A stretch of DNA of 63,974 nucleotides, counting the filler, from an uncultured bacterium (GTDB lineage: Bacteria; CAYJRR01): NCBI GenBank assembly GCA_964372275.1. It is 5 parts of 5 records of this genome, joined end to end, with 100 filler letters (N's around TTAATTAATTAA, not from the genome) between each part and the next. Parts side by side here need not be neighbours in the genome. Positions count along the whole stretch, not along the records: positions 59,619 to 63,974 come from CAYJRR010000206.1; 4 more parts are not named here. One strand, given 5' to 3'. The translations under genes and the position numbers were made by a program. How positions within the stretch are numbered: the first letter of the stretch is position 1; every line of letters starts with the position of its first letter. Positions 61,591 through 63,974 of the stretch are shown in pieces. The notes beneath the pieces were generated by a model. That model was not told the DNA's origin and did not search any database. It saw only the letters and a program-made list of their open reading frames with translations.

Positions 61591-62535
61591 ATGCGACGCC
61601 CCCCCTTCCGCAGCGGCTACGTCGCCCTCCTCGGACGCCCGAACGTCGGAAAGTCGACCCTCCTGAACGGCCTGCTGGGGGAGAAGATCTCGATCGTCTC
61701 GGAGAGGCCGCAGACGACCCGGACCCGGATCCTCGGGATCTGGAGCCGGGAGGGGGCCGGCCCGTCCGCGCGAGATTCGCGGGGCGGCGCGCAGCTCGTC
61801 TTTCTCGACACCCCCGGCGTTCACCGCGGGCGCGACCGTCTGAACCGGTGGATGGTCGAGCAGGCGCTGGGGGTGCTGTCGGATGTCGACGTGGCGGTGA
61901 TGGTGGTCGACGCCTCCGCGCCGCCGGGACCGGGCGACCGCTTCGTGGCGGAGACGATCGGGCGGTCGTCGCGCCCGGCGGTCCTGGCGTTGAACAAGGT
62001 CGACCTCCTCGACCCGGAGGGCCGTGCGCGGGCGGCGGCCGGATACCGCGCGATCGGTTCGTTCCGGGCGGCGATCGACGTGAGCGCCCGGACGGGAGAG
62101 GGGATCGACGCGCTCCGGGAGTGCCTGGTGGCGGCGGTCCCGGAAGGTCCGGAGTATTTCCCGCCCGATCAGCTCACCGACCTTCCGGAGCGGTTCGTCG
62201 CGGCCGAGATCGTGCGCGAGAAGGTATTCGAGCGGATGCGGGAGGAGATTCCGTATTCGGTGGCGGTGGAGACCGACCGATTCAAGGAGGAACAGGGCCG
62301 GGTACGGATCGAGTGCACGTTGTTCGTCGAGCGAGAGTCGCAGAAGGGGATGTTGATCGGGAAGGGCGGGTCGGCCCTCAAGGCGATCGGGTCCGACGCG
62401 CGGGCGGAGCTGGAGCGATTCCTCGCGGCGAAGGTGATCCTGAAGCTGTGGGTCAAGGTGCAGCGCGACTGGACGCGCGACCCGAAGGCGCTGGAGCGGT
62501 TCGGCTATGCGACCCCGCCGGGGGGCGACCGATGA
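61591..62535 (+). CDS. era: GTPase Era
   Basis: GRPNVGKST, PQTTR, DTPG, NKVD, EIPYS, KH domain IGKGG. Confidence 0.97.
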   Translation: MRRPPFRSGYVALLGRPNVGKSTLLNGLLGEKISIVSERPQTTRTRILGIWSREGAGPSARDSRGGAQLVFLDTPGVHRGRDRLNRWMVEQALGVLSDVDVAVMVVDASAPPGPGDRFVAETIGRSSRPAVLALNKVDLLDPEGRARAAAGYRAIGSFRAAIDVSARTGEGIDALRECLVAAVPEGPEYFPPDQLTDLPERFVAAEIVREKVFERMREEIPYSVAVETDRFKEEQGRVRIECTLFVERESQKGMLIGKGGSALKAIGSDARAELERFLAAKVILKLWVKVQRDWTRDPKALERFGYATPPGGDR

Positions 62536-63974
62536 CCCGGCGCGGCCGGTTGCCGACGGTGGCGATCGTGGGACGGCCCAACGTCGGCAAGTCGACCCTT
62601 TTCAACCGGCTGACCGGCACGCGCAAGGCGATCACCGAGGAGACGGCGGGCGTCACGCGGGATCGCCTCTACGGGCTGGTCGAGTGGGGGGATCGCCGCT
62701 TCGACGTCGTCGACACCGGCGGACTGGAGCTCGACGGCGCCCGCACCGGGGGCACCGCCGGCAACCGGACGATCGCCAAGGCGATGCTCGACCACGCCTT
62801 CCGCGCGGTGGAGGAGGCCGACGCGGTGATCGCCGTCTTCGACGCCACCGAGGGGCTCCATCCGGTCGACCGCGACGTCCTCGCCCGCCTTCGCGGGGTG
62901 GGGAAGCCGGTGCTCTACGCCGTCAACAAGGTCGACCACGCCACCCGCGAGACGCTGCAGTACGAGTTCTACGAGGCGGGGGTGGAGGCGGTGATCCCGA
63001 TCTCGGCCGAGCACGGACGGGGGATCTCCGAGCTGCTCGATCGGCTGGCCGAACACCTGCCGGAAATAGGCCCCCGGGAGGCGCGCGTGGAGACCCGGGA
63101 CGAACTGGCCCGGGGGGCACGGGACGCGCGCACGGCGGAGGCGGAGCCCGCCGCGGGCACAGCCCCGGAGCGGATCCGGATCGCCATCGTGGGGCGCCCG
63201 AACGTGGGGAAGTCGTCGCTCGTCAACCGCCTGCTCGGCTTCGAGCGGTCGATCGTCAGCGAAGTCGCCGGCACGACGCGCGACGCGGTCGACACGGCGC
63301 TCGAAGCGGGCGGGCGCGATCTGCTGTTGATCGACACCGCCGGGATCCGGCGCAAGGCGCGCGTCCACGAGAAGCTGGAGAAGTTCTCGGTGGTGAAGGC
63401 GCTGGAGGCGGTCCGGCGCGCCGACATCGCCGTCCTGGTGGTCGATCCGACCGAGGGGATCCCGGAGCAGGACGCCAAGATCGCGGGGGAGATCGAGGAG
63501 CGCGGGAAGGGGGCGGTGATCGCCGTCTCCAAATGGGACCGGGCTCGCGACCTGGGGTTGACCGAGGCAAACGTTTCGGCCGAGATCCGCCGGACGCTCG
63601 CGTTCATCCCCTGGGCGCCGATCGTCTTCACCTCGGCCGTGACGGGTGGCGGGACCGACGCGGTGATCGAGGCGGCGATCGCCGCCTTCGACCAGTACCG
63701 GCGCCGTGTCCCGACCCCGCAGCTCAATCGCTGGCTGGCGGAAACGACCGAAGCCCACCCGCCGCCGGTCTCCACCCGCGGGCCGGTGAAACTCACCTTC
63801 GTCACCATGGGAGGGACCCGCCCCCCGACGATCGTCGTCTTCACCAACCAGCCCGCCGCGGTGCACTTCTCCTACCGCCGACACCTGCAGAACGCGTTTC
63901 GTGCCCGCTTCGGCTTCGACGGAACTCCGGTGCGGATCGTCCTGAAGAAGAAACGAGGCAAAGCCGCCCGCTAG
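62532..63974 (+). CDS. der: ribosome biogenesis GTPase Der/EngA
   Basis: two GRPNVGKS G-domains, GVTRD, GTTRD, FGFDGTP. Confidence 0.97.
   Translation: MTRRGRLPTVAIVGRPNVGKSTLFNRLTGTRKAITEETAGVTRDRLYGLVEWGDRRFDVVDTGGLELDGARTGGTAGNRTIAKAMLDHAFRAVEEADAVIAVFDATEGLHPVDRDVLARLRGVGKPVLYAVNKVDHATRETLQYEFYEAGVEAVIPISAEHGRGISELLDRLAEHLPEIGPREARVETRDELARGARDARTAEAEPAAGTAPERIRIAIVGRPNVGKSSLVNRLLGFERSIVSEVAGTTRDAVDTALEAGGRDLLLIDTAGIRRKARVHEKLEKFSVVKALEAVRRADIAVLVVDPTEGIPEQDAKIAGEIEERGKGAVIAVSKWDRARDLGLTEANVSAEIRRTLAFIPWAPIVFTSAVTGGGTDAVIEAAIAAFDQYRRRVPTPQLNRWLAETTEAHPPPVSTRGPVKLTFVTMGGTRPPTIVVFTNQPAAVHFSYRRHLQNAFRARFGFDGTPVRIVLKKKRGKAAR

Overview
High-GC bacterial DNA, most likely a Myxococcota/deltaproteobacterial metagenome-assembled genome. 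Evidence for this: a MYXO-CTERM-like sorting tail, TIGR02266-like PilZ and TIGR04552-like genes, and rnc-radical SAM-era-der gene order. The window is five contigs joined by artificial N-TTAATTAATTAA-N linkers (15228-15327, 30058-30157, 44817-44916, 59519-59618), so genes across linkers are not true neighbours. Contig 1: M28 peptidase, a purine/urate catabolic cluster (CitE/HpcH-fold DUF6986-like lyase, PuuD lacking its cytochrome c domain, uraH, alc-uraD fusion, allB), then orphan secreted proteins and a prs remnant. Contig 2: RelBE-type TA, an operon (pseudo-receiver/PilZ protein, B-box-TPR-retropepsin protease with probable ATC start, metallophosphoesterase), exported proteins, a PilZ-J protein and uvrA. 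Contig 3: groEL (partial), heptad-repeat protein, TIGR04552-like gene, LEA2, rnd, TSUP/DUF1634, creatininase, benzoate-CoA ligase, OYE, ferredoxin, HicAB. Contig 4: hydrolase, methyltransferase, carbonic anhydrase, CotH, PolX, PEBP, Lon, degenerate nicotinamidase, aconitase, sucA. Contig 5: rnc, radical-SAM homologue lacking the Cys triad, era, der. Best leads: a dispersed heptamer-armed inverted-repeat element (two homologous copies), the variant purine pathway, the PilZ/protease/phosphoesterase operon and several apparent pseudoenzymes. No rRNA, tRNA, CRISPR array, integrase or transposase was recognised. Family assignments come from motif recognition by eye, not from database searches.
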